Shown: positions 1 to 14,118 of the stretch, piece by piece
Layout: the number at the start of each line of letters is the position of its first letter
Position numbering within the stretch: position 1 is the first letter of the stretch
NCBI GenBank assembly: GCA_951406725.2
Contig: OX597840.1
Coordinates: 20,894,001-20,958,000 of the forward strand
DNA length: 64,000 nucleotides
Source of the DNA: Octopus vulgaris
Lineage: Eukaryota
Direction of reading: 5' to 3'
The notes under the pieces: model-generated
Seen by the model: the letters and a program-made list of their open reading frames with translations, nothing else
Database searches by the model: none
What the model was told of the DNA's origin: nothing
Translations under genes and position numbers: made by a program

Positions 1-299
1 GACCATAAAAGAGAACAACTTTTTTTATTCCTTTATAAACCGTGTATAAGCAAGTGTAGTGGAGTTACCTTATTTTTCGTTCGAAAACGAATTCATGTGG
101 GTTCTATACCTAGCCTAAGACTTGACAGTACTGCCTCTATAAAACCTATCCGAGTTACCCTCATCTTTAACAACGCATTTATATATAGCCACTAGAAGTC
201 AGACAGAATCCGTCAATGGAACATAATCTAAGGTTTCTACATTTACAAGATTTACCAGAACCACCCATATCCCTATTATTAATACTAACCTTATTTATC

Positions 300-460
300 T
301 GGCTTCCCGCGTTCTTACCTTCAGATATCTCATTACAGTTGGAGAGCAACTGACCAAGGCCTCACTGACCCTTCTTGACAATCTTAGAGATGTGGGTTGT
401 CCAACGTAGATCACTGTTTACAATAATACCCAGATCACGTTCACTAGAAGACTCCTTGAG
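300..460 (-). mobile_element. CR1-clade LINE ORF2 fragment (degenerate)
   Basis: Minus strand reads LKESSSERDLGIIVNSDLRWTTHISKIVKK, the ERDLG..L...H motif downstream of the CR1 RT domain; a stop follows. Confidence 0.7.
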
Positions 461-478
461 ATTGGTGTGTGTGTGTGT

Positions 479-765
479 GCGCATGGCTCAGCGGTTAGAG
501 CGTCGGGCTCACAACCATGAGGCAGTGAGTTCGATTCCCGGACCGGGTTGTATGTTGCGCTCTTGAGCAAGAAACTTTAAACGAGTTTCGACGTCACTGG
601 CGCCTTTGCCTTTCCCTTGGATAAAATCGGTGGCGTGGAGAAAGGAGGCGGTTATGCATGGTCGACTGCTGGTCTTCCATAAAACAACATTGCCCGGACT
701 TGTACCTTGGAGGGTAACTTTCTAGGTGCAATCCCATGGTCATTCGTGACCGAAGGGGGTCTTTA
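479..765 (+). mobile_element. tRNA-derived SINE with CORE-like segment
   Basis: A-box TGGCTCAGCGGTTAGAGCG and B-box GTTCGATTCC, followed by CTTGAGCAAGAAACTT; related copies at 1240-1437, 12055-12190, 19545-19600, 61795-62058. Confidence 0.8.
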
Positions 766-1534
766 ATATTACCAGTAGATCATAGATTCGGAAACGAAGT
801 GCACTCTAAACGTTAGAACACTAATATATTGATAGGAAGTCAATTATATGTGCGGTCATAGAGTGTCTTAGCTTTATAAACGGCTCTTCGAACTCTAATG
901 GCTGTGGGCAAACGATTTCTTTTCAAAGTGGAGGTAGAGAGACGTTACGGTCAGTTAATTTTGTAAGCAAAAAAAAACATATTTTGTCCGAGTCAGAGGC
1001 GTGACGGGGTTATCGCCCTTAGATCGGTTCCAGTTGGCAAATCGTTCGCGGCTCCAAACAACGGACGGGGAATTCCACGCTCGAACACAAAGGAAGCGGA
1101 CAAGGACAAGAGGCTTCCTTCTTTTGTATCAGTTTCTTTTGCTAAGTTAGGCAGACGTAAACAAACCAACAGCCATCGTTAAGCAGTGTTGGTGGACAAA
1201 CACAGATACAACGATGTGTGTGTGTGTAAACGCGCACATGAAGGCGAATGTCTCAGCATCTCACTGGCTCACAATCACGAGGCAGTGAGTTCCATTCCCA
1301 GACCGGGCTGTGTGTTGTGTTCTTGAGCAAGACACTTCATTCCACTCAGCTGTAGAAATGAGTTGTGGTGACATCACTGGTGCCAAGCTGTATCGGCCCC
1401 TTTGCCTTTCTCTTGGATAACATCGGTGGCGTGGAGATATTTATCTTCGACTCAAGAGGATGCTCTTGTCGAAATCTCAAGTGATGCGGATGCTGAGGTC
1501 GAGTGTTCTTCTGTTCAACGTACCAGATCTTTTA

Positions 1535-1743
1535 TTCTTTTATCAGTCATGTGACTGTGGCCATGCTGGAGCACCGCCTTTAGTCAAACAAATCAACCTC
1601 AGGACTCATTCTTTGTAAGACTAGTACTTATTCTATTGGTCTCTTTTGCCGAACCGCTAAGTTACGAGTACATAAACACACCAACATCGGATGTCAAGTG
1701 ATAGTAGGGGGACAAATACAGACATACAAACATACACACACAA

Positions 1744-1780
<37 letters not shown>

Positions 1781-1922
1781 CGATGGGCTTCTTTCAGTTT
1801 CCATCTACCAAATTCACTGACAAGGCTTTGGTCATCCCGAGACTATAGTAGAAGACACTTGCCCAAGGTGCCACGCATGTGGTTGGTAAGCAAGCTACTT
1901 ACCACACAGCCACTCTTGTGCC
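1535..1922 (-). mobile_element. SINE family A (GGCGCAGGAGTGGCTGTGTGGTAAG head, internal TA/TG microsatellite)
   Basis: Reverse complement of the ~400-bp copies at 12305-12708 and 46961-47352. Confidence 0.85.
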
Positions 1923-2263
1923 TACAAGCCAAAATATTCAAACTTGAGACTTTTAAAACCATTCTTTGCTTTGCACTTCTTGAACCAGGCTCTAACCCAG
2001 ATATTTTCAATAAAACCAAATATGCCAACACTGGATGGAGGGGGGAACCTGAATTTCATGAAACTCTCGTTAAATTAATGAATATTTAATTACATATTTA
2101 ATATTTTATTTAATTGGTTCCATAACAGTGGAGAGTGGGAGAGAGGCAGAGAGAGAGAGAGAGTGTGTGTGTGTGTGCAAGAGAGAGAGAGAGAGACAGA
2201 CAGATACATGGACAGATAGACAGAAAGTGTGTGCAAAAGAGAAAGAGAGACAGAGATAAAGGA

Positions 2264-2311
<48 letters not shown>

Positions 2312-3079
2312 TGTGTGTGTGGACTGTATGTGACATTTTTCCTTCAACCCGTAAAATGTCTCTGGCTGTTTTTTCATTGTTTATATTGTTTTTCTGCAAA
2401 CAAAAGCTGCCACCACCAACACCTCCACCTCCACCTTCTCCTCCTCCTTCTCCTCCTCCTCCTCCTCTTCTTCCCTTTTGTATAACTTGATTAAATGACA
2501 CACCTGAAAGGTAATTCTTATTCAAGACACAATTGTCTTAGCAGTTTTTTTTTCTTTCCCACCAATGTTTCCATCTTTCACCCAATATAAGACATGGAGG
2601 GAGGAAAGATGCACACACACACACATGCACACACACCACAGACACGCACACACACACATGCATATGCACATACACGTGTGTTTGTGTGTGTGAGAAGACA
2701 TCTACTCTCAGCCATTAGGTAAACCTGTACAACCTGTTGGGTCCCTAGCAACCAAACACCAATGCATTACTGTGACACTGTTCCCCAATGAACTGTCTAA
2801 GCAACATTATAGTCCTCACACAACCACCACCACCATCATCACCATCATCATCAGGCAAATCAAAGCACTGGCCCCTACAGCATTTATTTATTGGCAACAA
2901 ATGTTAATTATGTAAAGTTAATTGGGTGGTGCCAGGATGAGCATGGAGCTGTAGAAACCATACCAGAGCAGACATAGAGGCTAGCAGAACCCACTGGCTC
3001 ATCTGTTCTGGTCAAACCGTCCAACCCCTGCCATTTTGGAAAAAAAGGGGATTTGAAATGATGATGATGACAATGATAA

Positions 3080-3330
3080 TATGGTCAACTATATGTGGTC
3101 AATTGTATGTTGTCAACTGCATGTTGCCAACTATGGCTAACTGATTGACTGTATGCTGTCAATTGTATATGGTCAACTTGTATTATGATCATGTGTATAT
3201 GGTCAATATATATTGTCAAATGTATGAAGTCAAGAATATATGGTCAATGGTCAACATGTATGTTGTCAACATTATATTGTCATTTGTATAAAGTCAATTG
3301 TATTTGGTTAACCGATACATGTAATATCTA
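3080..3330. repeat. Degenerate minisatellite (TATATGGTCAA-like unit)
   Basis: Repeated GTCAAC/GTCAAT words at ~15-bp spacing. Confidence 0.7.
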
Positions 3331-4247
3331 TATGTTAGGTTTATATTATGGTGGACCTTTATATTGCTAATCTATATATTGGTTTCAAGGGCCTGCAGTT
3401 TTGGGGCAGGGCATGAGTCGATTACTCCCTCTTTGACTCGTCCTGTATGTAAATTGACATGCAACACAAATTGTCTCATAAGGCAGGTTGTATGACTGGA
3501 CATGTAAAATACGATTGCTTAAGGGAGAGGGAAAGAGAGAGAGTATGTGTGAGTGTGTGTGTGAATATGTGTATGTGTGCACTTGACGTGTGTGTTACAG
3601 TATGTGTGCTTTGTGTATGGGAGTGTGTACATGTTATGTTGTGCATGTGTGTTGTCAGGTTGTAGATTAATTTCGGGATGGACTGTTTACTAAATTCTCG
3701 TCAAAGGGCCATTACTTATTCTTCTGATAACATATCTTCGATGCATGTACAGCTGAGATTACATGTAATATTTATCTATTTTTAATTTTTGTTTCATATT
3801 TCCTGCACACTGACCTTGCTGGTGGTTGTCAATTGGCTAATCACAAGCTGGTCAGAGTGAACAAGGGAGTGCCTATAGAACTGACCAAGAACAAATATCA
3901 CAAGGAAATTTTGTTATTTTCATCATCATCATCATCATCGTTTAACGTCTGCTTTCCATGCTAGCATGGGTTGGACGGTTCAACCGGGGTCTGGGAAGAC
4001 AGGAGGCTGCACCAGGCTCCAATCTGATCTGGCAGAGTTTCTACAGCTGGATGCCCTTCCTAATGCCAACCACTCCGTGAGTGTAGTGGGTGCTGTGAGT
4101 ATCTGTTGAGCGAAAACACCTAAAGCTCCACATGGCTCTGGCAGGGGCTGGTGGTGAACCCTGCTGTACCCTAATTCTACTATAGCCTCAGGCTGACCAA
4201 AACCTTGTGAGTGGATTTGGTTGATGGAAATTGAAAGAAGCCCATCG

Positions 4248-4278
<31 letters not shown>

Positions 4279-4392
4279 TCAGTTGAACATGGTACTTAAG
4301 TTAAAGGCACCAGAATTTAGTATGGTATTATCCATATGATTCAAAATGGGGTGATTACAATCAAAATAAGCAGCAATGATATCCAGAGGTAA

Positions 4393-4480
4393 TGCAGTAC
4401 GATCGTTTCATGCGACTCCATTTAATTGAACAATGCAAATATTACATCAGTTTTAAAATGTCGAGCAATCTTCAGCTGCA
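4393..4480 (-). ncRNA. Type I hammerhead ribozyme motif in a Penelope-like repeat
   Basis: Minus strand: TGCAG-CTGAAGA-(TTGC...GCAT)-GAAA-CGATCG-TA-CTGCA; 5-bp stem I, intact core, palindromic stem III, GUA cleavage triplet. Confidence 0.7.
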
Positions 4481-4738
4481 TAAAAATATTGAATTTAGTT
4501 AAATTCGAAGGATTTCTTTGTATAGTTTTTCTATTAACCAAAATCACAAAGAGGATAAGTAGATAGACAAAGAACATGTTTCCTCAACAACATCATAGTT
4601 GTAACTGATTATATATATATATAATCAAAAATAAGCAACAAGAATGATTCCGGTAATTTAGTACAATTGTTTCATACTACAACATTTTATTCAAAAATTG
4701 ATTTGAAAGCTTTTATATTATTGGAAAACCTATATAAA

Positions 4739-4824
4739 TTAGCTGAAGAGTACTCAGCATCTTAAATCTGCTGTAATATTTACAGCTTTTAATAAAATGT
4801 TGTAGTATGAAACAATTGTACCAA
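4739..4824 (+). ncRNA. Hammerhead ribozyme motif (paralogous copy)
   Basis: TTAG-CTGAAGA-GTACT...AGTAT-GAAA-CAATTG-TA-CCAA; the inverted arm at 4656-4680 keeps the CTAA partner of stem I. Confidence 0.6.
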
Positions 4825-4974
4825 ATTACCGGAATCATTCTTGTTGCTTATTTTTGATTATAATCACCCCGCAAATTTTTATGGGTAACACCATACAAAA
4901 TTCTGGTGCATCTAAATTAAGTACCATATTCATTTGAATCTAAATTGCTGCTAATCTTATAATTCCATACACCA

Positions 4975-5210
4975 TCCGAGCGTGGCCGTCTGCCAGCCTC
5001 GTCTGGCACCTGTGTCGGTGGCACATAAAATCACCCACTACACTCTCGGAGTGGTTGGCGTTAGGAAGGGCATCCAGCTGTAGAAACACTGCCAGATCAG
5101 ACTGGGCTTGGTGCAGTCTCCTGGCTTCCCAGACCCCGGTGGAACCGTCCAACCCATGCTAGCATGGAAAGCGGATGTTAAACGATGATGATGATGATGA
5201 TGATGATGAT
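4975..5210 (+). mobile_element. SINE family D with RTE-type 3' end and (TGA)n tail
   Basis: GTTGGCGTTAGGAAGGGCATCCAGCTGTAGAAAC...CCATGCTAGCATGGAAAGCGGATGTTAAACG(ATG)n; copies at 3920-4093(-), 7460-7631(-), 9195-9445(+), 23520-24085(+), 29155-29303(-), 48900-49580(-), 59545-59680(-). Confidence 0.85.
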
Positions 5211-5862
5211 TGTATATATATATGTATATATATACATGTATATGTATATATATGTATATATTTATGTGTGTGTGATTGTGTTTGTCCCCCTGCCATTGTT
5301 TCAGCAAAAGAAACTGATAGAATAAATACTAGACTTACAATAAGTCCCGGGGTCGAATTCTTCAACTAAAACCCTTAAAGGCAGTGCTCCAGCATGGTCA
5401 CAGTCCAATGACTGAAACAAAGAAAAGAATAGAAAAATAAAAGAATAAGTAAAAATCAACAAAACAAAACAAAGAAATGGAATTTCCAAATAAAGTTCTG
5501 ACCTCATCAAAGGATTGGCCAACAGCTAGAAAAAGGTCACTGACCACTTGAGGTCAATCAAATTCCTTGAACGCTCTCAATTTGAAAAACGTAATGTGTC
5601 ATCTTTTATGTGCTTCAGTCATTGGGGTAGGGCCATACTGGAGCACCATCTTGAAGGGTTTTAGTCAAATAAATCAACACAGCTTTTTTTTTTTTTTGTT
5701 TTAAGCCTGTTGTTTATGTTCTTCTGTTGGACTCTTTTTGTTAAGCTGCTATGCTATGAGGATGTAAACAAACCAACCCTGGCCATCAACCAGTGGTGGA
5801 GGACAAACACAAACACACACCCATAGATATGTGCATGCATACTTACATACACACATATATAT

Positions 5863-6276
5863 TTGTCCTACGAAGAAAGGCTGAGGACGCTCGACCTTTG
5901 TTCTCTTGAAAAACGCCGCCGCCGTGGTGATCTCATTCTCGCCCACAACATCATAAGCGGGAAGTGTAACCTCTCGAAAGAGCTGTTCTTCACTCCTGCT
6001 CCGGAGCGTCGGCTGCGGGGTCATTCCGAAAAGCTCTACCTGCGACGATTTCATCTCAATCGAAGGAGAGGAGCTTTCTCCGTCCGGGTTGCGGATCCGT
6101 GGAACAAGCTGCCAGACGAGATGGTGAAGATGCCGACGACCGCTTTGTTCAAAGCCTCCCTGGACCTCAAGTGGCCTGAACTCTTTACATGAACACAACC
6201 CTGTACTTAACTCCTTGTCCCCCTACATGGCCTTGCTATTTGCTTTTGAGCCAAATTAACTAACTAACTAACTAAC
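5863..6276 (+). mobile_element. CR1 LINE 3' end (5'-truncated, ORF2 C-terminus intact)
   Basis: LSYEERLRTLDLCSLEKRRRRGDLI...LRGHSEKL...FSVRVADPWNKLP is the typical CR1 ORF2 C-terminus; ends in a (TAAC)n tail. Confidence 0.9.
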
Positions 6277-6452
6277 ATACGTATATACGTCTATGTATAT
6301 CTATCTATTTGTCTATATCTAACAGATTTATGTGTGTCTTTGTTCAGTTTTATTTCAATATGTCTTGCCTTTAGAGAAAGAACCGGTTTCTAACCAAGAT
6401 CCAAGGCTTCCTCATTGGAATTTCAACAGCAACAACAGGGTATTTTTGTATG

Positions 6453-6486
<34 letters not shown>

Positions 6487-8639
6487 TATGTATGTATGTG
6501 TATGTATGTATGTCATTATTCAGTTTTATTTCAAGATTTCTTGCCAATAAAGAGTCGGTTTCTAACCTAGATCCAACCTAGATCACTGGAATTTCAACAT
6601 TAACAACACAGTATTTTGTATGTATGTGTGTATATATGCAGATATGTTCATTTTGATTTATGTACGTATTCTCATGCACATAGTTAGAAAACTAGACATG
6701 ACTCATATATGTTTAAATGATAAACTTCAGGAAAGTTTTACAGATTTTTACAGTTCCGGTGATGGATTGGACCTGTAGTCTTCGAATTAGTTTTCTCCTT
6801 TCAGGTTTGAGAAGCCTAATTTCTCAAGATTATGTATGTATGTATGTATCTATCTATCTATCTATTTATCTCTCTATCTATATATGTATGCATGGATGTA
6901 TGTATATATGCATGTATCCATTGCATGCATGTATATGTGAGTGGGTGTATATAAGTGCATAATTAGCATGTTTTGTTGCTTATGTATTGGATTTGCATGG
7001 TGGTGGCCATCTTATAATATTTTCTATCCAATTTAAAACGGGACAAATTATATGGCGTGTGTTGATTAATAAACCTTATCAGTCGAGTACCACCTGCTCT
7101 GTGTGTTATCTGTCCAAGCTGTGTCCAGGCTCGAGGCTGACCAGCTGCCTGACCACAATCATTATAATATCTGTCCATTTGTCTGTATGAGTGGTCAACT
7201 TTGAGCCAAACGACCTTCACAAATGATTGGTTTATAAAGGGATCGAAGGCTTAGGCTGCACGGCAGCTCACTCCCTCCATCGTATCAACAGGTGCACAGT
7301 GTCGAACTAATAAATATATGTGTGTGTGTGTGCACGCATGTGTATGTGGGTGCGTGTATGTGTGTGCGTGTGTGTGTATGTGAGGAAGTGCAATGGCCCA
7401 GTGGTTAGGGCAGTGTACACGTGGTCGTAGGATTGCGGTTTCCATTCTCAGATAAGGCATTCATCATCTTCATCATCGTTTAATGTCCGTTTTCCGTGCT
7501 AGCATGGGTTGGACAGTTCCACCAGGGTCTGGGAAGACAGGAGGCTGCACCAGACTCCAGTCTGATCTGGCAGTGTTTTTACAGCTGGATGCCCTTCCTA
7601 GCGCCAAACACTCTGTGAGTCTAGTGGGTGCTGTGAGTATTTATTGAGCGAAAACACCTAAAGCTCCACAAGGCTCCGGCAGGGGTGTGGGGGGTGGCGA
7701 ACCCTGCTGTACTCTTTCGCCACAACTTTCACTTTTTCTTCCTGTTTCTGTTGTACTTGTATTTCAAAATGGGCCAGCCTTGTCACACCCTGTGTCATGC
7801 TGAATATCCCTGTGAAGTACGTTAAGAGTACATGTGTCTGTGGAATGCTCAGCCACTTGCACGTTAATTTCACGAGCAGGCTGTTCCATTGATCGCATCA
7901 GCTGAAATCTGTTGTTGTAACCGACTGGGTGTCAACAGGATATATACATATATATATATATATAAAATTGTATGTATGTTTGTATGTATGTATGCATGTA
8001 TGTATAATCAAACAATAGCCTCTTATTTAAGCCCACAATATATACATTTGCTATTAAATAAATGTCTGTATTTATCTTTTGACAATATTCCGTCTGACCT
8101 ATTTCTCATCACGCCACCCAATCCCAAAAGCACATTGCTAAACATATTTTGTCTCAATGACACCCCTATGTAGGTACCCTGAGTAAACACTTCAACTATT
8201 TCTCACGGATAATGGGAAATATTACTTTGCAAATAAGCAAATTCTTACCTATTTTACCTGGTCGACATAATTGCTGACATCAATGGTGGTGGTGGTGGTG
8301 TCCTTGTCATTATTATCATCATTATTATCATCATTGTTGTCATCATCATCCTCGTCATCATCACTGTCTTATTGTCATAGATGCTATCGCCTTTGTGGCC
8401 ATCAGCCATCGTCATTCCTAAGCAGTGGTTAAGAACGCGGGGCTACTAACCCCAAGATTCTGAATTCGATTCCAGGCAGTGACCTGAATAACAACAACAA
8501 CAACCCTGTAAAAGAATTAAGAAGGTTGGCCCTCCAACCAGGCCTTTTGCAATACCCTTAAAGCCAGGAACTTTTCAGCACCCACTCATGTGTGTGTGTT
8601 GTGTGTATATATATACATACACATGTATATATATACATA

Positions 8640-8871
8640 AGGCGGTGAGCTGGCAGAAACGTTAGCGCGCCGGGCGAAGTGCTTAGCGGTATTTCGTCTG
8701 TCGTTATGTTCTGAGTTCAAATTCCGCCGAGGTCGACTTTACCTTTCATCCTTTCGGGGTCGGTAAATTAAGTACCAGTTTCGCACTGCGGTCAATGTAA
8801 TTGACTTACTCCCTTTGTCTGTCCTTGTTTGTCCCCTCTATGTTTAGCTCCTTGTGGGCAGTAAAGAAATA
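8640..8871 (+). mobile_element. SINE family C (MetaSINE-like CCTTTCATCCTTTCGGGGTCG domain)
   Basis: GGCGGTGAGCTGGCAGAAACGTTAGC head and GTTCAAATTCC B-box; copies at 23268-23497(-), 26850-27380(-), 31170-31590(+), 35480-35860(+), 52380-52920(-), 55000-55372(-). Confidence 0.85.
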
Positions 8872-9440
8872 TATATATATACATACACACACACACACAC
8901 ATACACACACACACATATATATATATGTGATTAAATAAGGGTAGAAATTGATATTAATCAATTAAAACCAGTGGTCTAGCATATTTTTAAAAAATCCGAA
9001 GATTAAAAGATTTTTCATACAAAATTTTAAGGACTGACCACTAAAAGTGGACAGCCTGTATGCTAGAAATTTGGTTTTTTGCTGAATTTTTTCTTGAGAA
9101 CACATTCTTCATGGAAAATGGCGATTTTGACGTCTATATCTAGCATACAGGCTGTCCACTTTAGTGGTCTGTCCTCAAAATTTTGTATATATATATAGTG
9201 GCATGTAAAAAGCACCAACCGATCATGGCCGTTGCCAGTCTCGCCTGGCACCTGTGCCGGTGGCACGTAAAAAGCACCCACTACACTCTTGGAGTGGTTG
9301 GCATTAGGAAGGGCATCCAGCTGTAGAAACTCTGCCAGATCAAGATTGGAGCCTGGTGCAGCCTCCTGGTTCCCCAGATCCCCGGTCGAACCGTCTAACC
9401 CATGCCAGCATGGAAAGTGGACGTTAAACAATGATGATGA

Positions 9441-9491
<51 letters not shown>

Positions 9492-11379
9492 TTTGTGTGT
9501 GTATACATATGCAGTTCAACTTCAGTCCCAGTTGCCAAAATTGTAGATATTATAATTGACATGAGGAGGGATGGGTAGCTGAGAGTAAATGGCATTGAGA
9601 TCTCTGAGACAAGAGCTGTAGGTGTAATTGAACCATTTGTGAATAAACGAACAACATTTATAATTGTAAATTAATACATTTAAAATTAGATTACGACACT
9701 TTGTTATGTAAATTATATCTATACATGGTGGGGAAAATGCGTAGCTGTTAAAAGACTAAATGTAACTTCTCTCTGCCAAGCCTTCTGAGGCATTTGTCTT
9801 ACTCAGTGCTTTTTGGTGAAGACACAATGGCCCAGTGGTTAGGGCAGCAGACTTGTGGTCGTAGGATCGCGGTTTCGATACCCAGGCCGGGCATTCCCCT
9901 TTACACTTTACATCAAGACATTTCTGTGACACATGATCCCTATTGATCATTTTTTTTTTACTTTCCCTTCTACGATCCTTTTTTTTTTCTCCCCAAAAAG
10001 AAAAAGCTCTACTTTGTAATCTGTCCCGTCTGTGTGCAGCCCTGTGTGGCTAATAAAGAAACATATTAAGTAAAAACACCTAAAGCCCCACGAGGCTCCA
10101 GCAGGGGGTGGAGGTGAACCCTGCTGCACACTTTCACCACAACTTTCTCTCACTCTTTCTTCCTGTTTCTGTTGTACCTGTATTTCAAAGGGGTCAGCCT
10201 TGTCACACTCTGTGTCACGCTGAATCTCCCTGAGAACTACGTTAAGGGTACACAAGTGTCTGTGGAGTGCTCAGCCACTTACACGTTAATTTCACGAGCA
10301 GGCTGTTCCGTTTATCGGATCAGCTGAAACCCTCGTCGTCATAACCGACACAGTGCCACTCAGTGCTTTTAAATGGGAAATGGCAAGCATCAACCTTTAC
10401 AAAAGTCTTCTACACTCTATGTCAATTCTTATCTGGAATTATTGTCCTCCTACGTGGATATATATATATATATACATATATACATACACATATTCATACA
10501 TATATATCATCTTCATCATCACCATCCAGTTTTAAATCTAGGTTTTGTCCCTGTTAAAGGGGTGGGGGTAGGGGACGGATCTACCTCAAAGCATGAGGCT
10601 TTTTCAGAGCTGGATTTTCTTCAGGGACCATGCCCTTGCTTATCCCCAGCATCAGTTTCTGGGCAGGATTTTTAAGTCTACCACGATTTTTAAGAAATGT
10701 GGTGGAAAACTAGCTCAGGAAGGCAGGGACGCTACTCCCTGAGACCCCTTTCAGAGACTCCCTACCTTGATATATATATATATATATATATCACGTGATC
10801 ACGTGACCGACCAGTCCATCAGATGTAGTTACACATCGCTGGTCACAATACGTTTGCATTGTTTTAGCCTTTGAATGATGCCACCCCACTGGCTAAGTGA
10901 GCAGGCCAACAGAAGAAAGAGTGGGAGAAAGAGTGGTGAAAGAGTACAGCAGGGATCACCACCCCCAGCCGGAGCCTCGTGGAGCTTTTAGGTGTTTTCG
11001 CTCAATAAACACTCACAACGCCCGGTCTGGGAATCGAAACCGCGATCCTACGACTGCAAGTCCGCTGACCTAACCACTGGGCCATTGCGCCTCCACACGC
11101 ACACATATATATATATATATATATATATGTATATGAATATCCTCACCATTTAACGCCTGCTTCCCATGCTGGTATGGGTTGGATGGTTTGACAGGAGCTG
11201 GCTCAACAGAAGACTTTACCAGGTTTCAGTGTCTAACACCTACCACCCTTACAAAAATAGACCCCTTTAGGAAAATCCCTGGAATTAAGGGAGTTGCTGG
11301 CTTGAGTTTCGTTGTCCTTGCACCAATGGTCTAGGAGGAGTTAAAAAATATAAAAACATAATGAATAACATTGAAACAA

Positions 11380-12052
11380 TGCAATAATTTGAAACAGGCA
11401 AAGGAGTTAGACAGGGTTGCCTGTTATCAGCCAGACTTTTCAATTCATTTCTTGAACAAATCACAATAGAAGTCCTTAAGGATTCTGAAGACAGAGCAAA
11501 GATTGGTGGAAAAGGGATCACCAATATAAGACGACAGGTGATGCTGATTTGTTAATCAGTTCTAAAGGTGAATTGCTTGATATTAACAAAAAGATTAGAT
11601 CTAATGCTTCAGGTAAATTTGGTATGGAATGCAACAGGTAAAGAAGCCAGGTCACAGTGACAGAAAAACTACACGTAGAACAAACAAACAAACAGATAAT
11701 GGTGCTTCCAACCGACAGAGATGTAATCCCAATTGATAACATTCGGCTGAAATCAGGGGACGTATTCACATACCTGGGTCCTGTGACTTACCAAAATCTA
11801 ACATGACAAACTGAGATAATGAGGTGAACTGCAAGAGCAACAGTGCAATTAACAAACTTAATTAAGGTCTGGAGTAGCAAGAATATTGCAATGAATGATA
11901 AATTAAGGTTAATTCAAGCAAATAACGGTAATTACATTGGGTGGAATGGATGTGAAACAGGAAAATCATCGAGAAAGATTGTCGTGAAATTGTCAGCACT
12001 TAAAAGAATTGCATTTGAGAAAGTCTTGCAAATTATATGGAAGGAGTGGTGA
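11380..12052 (+). mobile_element. RTE-clade LINE RT fragment (degenerate)
   Basis: FETGKGVRQGCLLSARLFNSFLEQI (RT QG motif), FTYLG and GCE-type motifs; frameshifted. Confidence 0.75.
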
Positions 12053-12237
12053 AGGTGTGTGACTTAGTGGTTAGGGCATTCGGCTCACAATCATGAGGTT
12101 GTGAGTTCAATTCCCAGTGATGTGTTGTCTCCTTGAGCAAGACACTTTATTTTTATGTTGCTCCAGTTCACTCAGCTGGCAAAAATGAGGTGAACCTCAG
12201 GTAAAAATGAGGTGTACCCCAGGCAAAATATAAATAT

Positions 12238-12304
<67 letters not shown>

Positions 12305-12306
<2 letters not shown>

Positions 12307-12708
12307 CGCAGGAGTGGCTGTGTGGTAAGTAGCTTGCTAACCAACCACATGGTTCCGGGTTCAGTCCCACTGCGTGGCATCTTGGGCAAGTGTCTTCTGC
12401 TAAAGCCTCAGGCCGACCAATGCCTTGTGAGTAGATTTGGTAGACGGAAACTGAAAGAAGCCCGTCGTATATATGTATATATATATATGTGTGTGCGTGT
12501 ATGTTTGTGTGTCTGTGTCTGTCCCCCTAGCATTGTTTGACAACCGATGCTGGTGTGTTTACTGTCCCCATCACTTAGCGGTTCGGCAAAAGAGACCGAT
12601 AGAATAAGTACTGGGCTTACAAAAGAATAATTCCCGGGGTCAAGTTGCTCGATTATAGGCGGTGCTCCAGCATGGCCGCAGTCAAATGACTGAAACAAGT
12701 AAAGAGTA
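12305..12708 (+). mobile_element. SINE family A, near full length
   Basis: tRNA-like head (TGGCTGTGTGG...GGTTCAGTCCC) and 3' GACTGAAACAAGTAAAGAGTA; further copies at 14826-15210, 16043-16465(-), 16850-17190, 46961-47352, 48328-48640. Confidence 0.9.
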
Positions 12709-13139
12709 TACTTATACACACCCACATATATACTTATACATACAAACACACACACACACAAGTGTATACTCATATATTTACGCCTGCAATTCTGAGAAGC
12801 CGTTTAAACATTTCTCCCATTTAAGCAATTAAGCGTTTGTTGTAATGTTCTTAATGACACGCTTGTTTGTTTGTATTTTTGCTGTAACCCAATCCATTTT
12901 GGCTGTTATCTCTGTGATTTACGAAGACCTGTGTCATGTCAAGTTGCTGACCTTTCTACCATCATATTTCGGTAGTGGTTAGTTCTGGAATTTTTTTTTT
13001 GTGATGTTCTTGTGTTTTCTGTTTGTGGTTTTTCTTAGAAGTTCAGCCGGATCTTTACGGATCTTTACGAAAGCAAAAAGAAAGTGAATAACGATGTAGT
13101 TATCAATTAACTTATATACGCATACTTATATACACATAC

Positions 13140-14118
<979 letters not shown>

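Noticed and set aside
479-548. tRNA-like sequence (also 8420-8490 and the SINE B heads)
   Set aside because: SINE heads: imperfect stems and continuation into repeated SINE bodies
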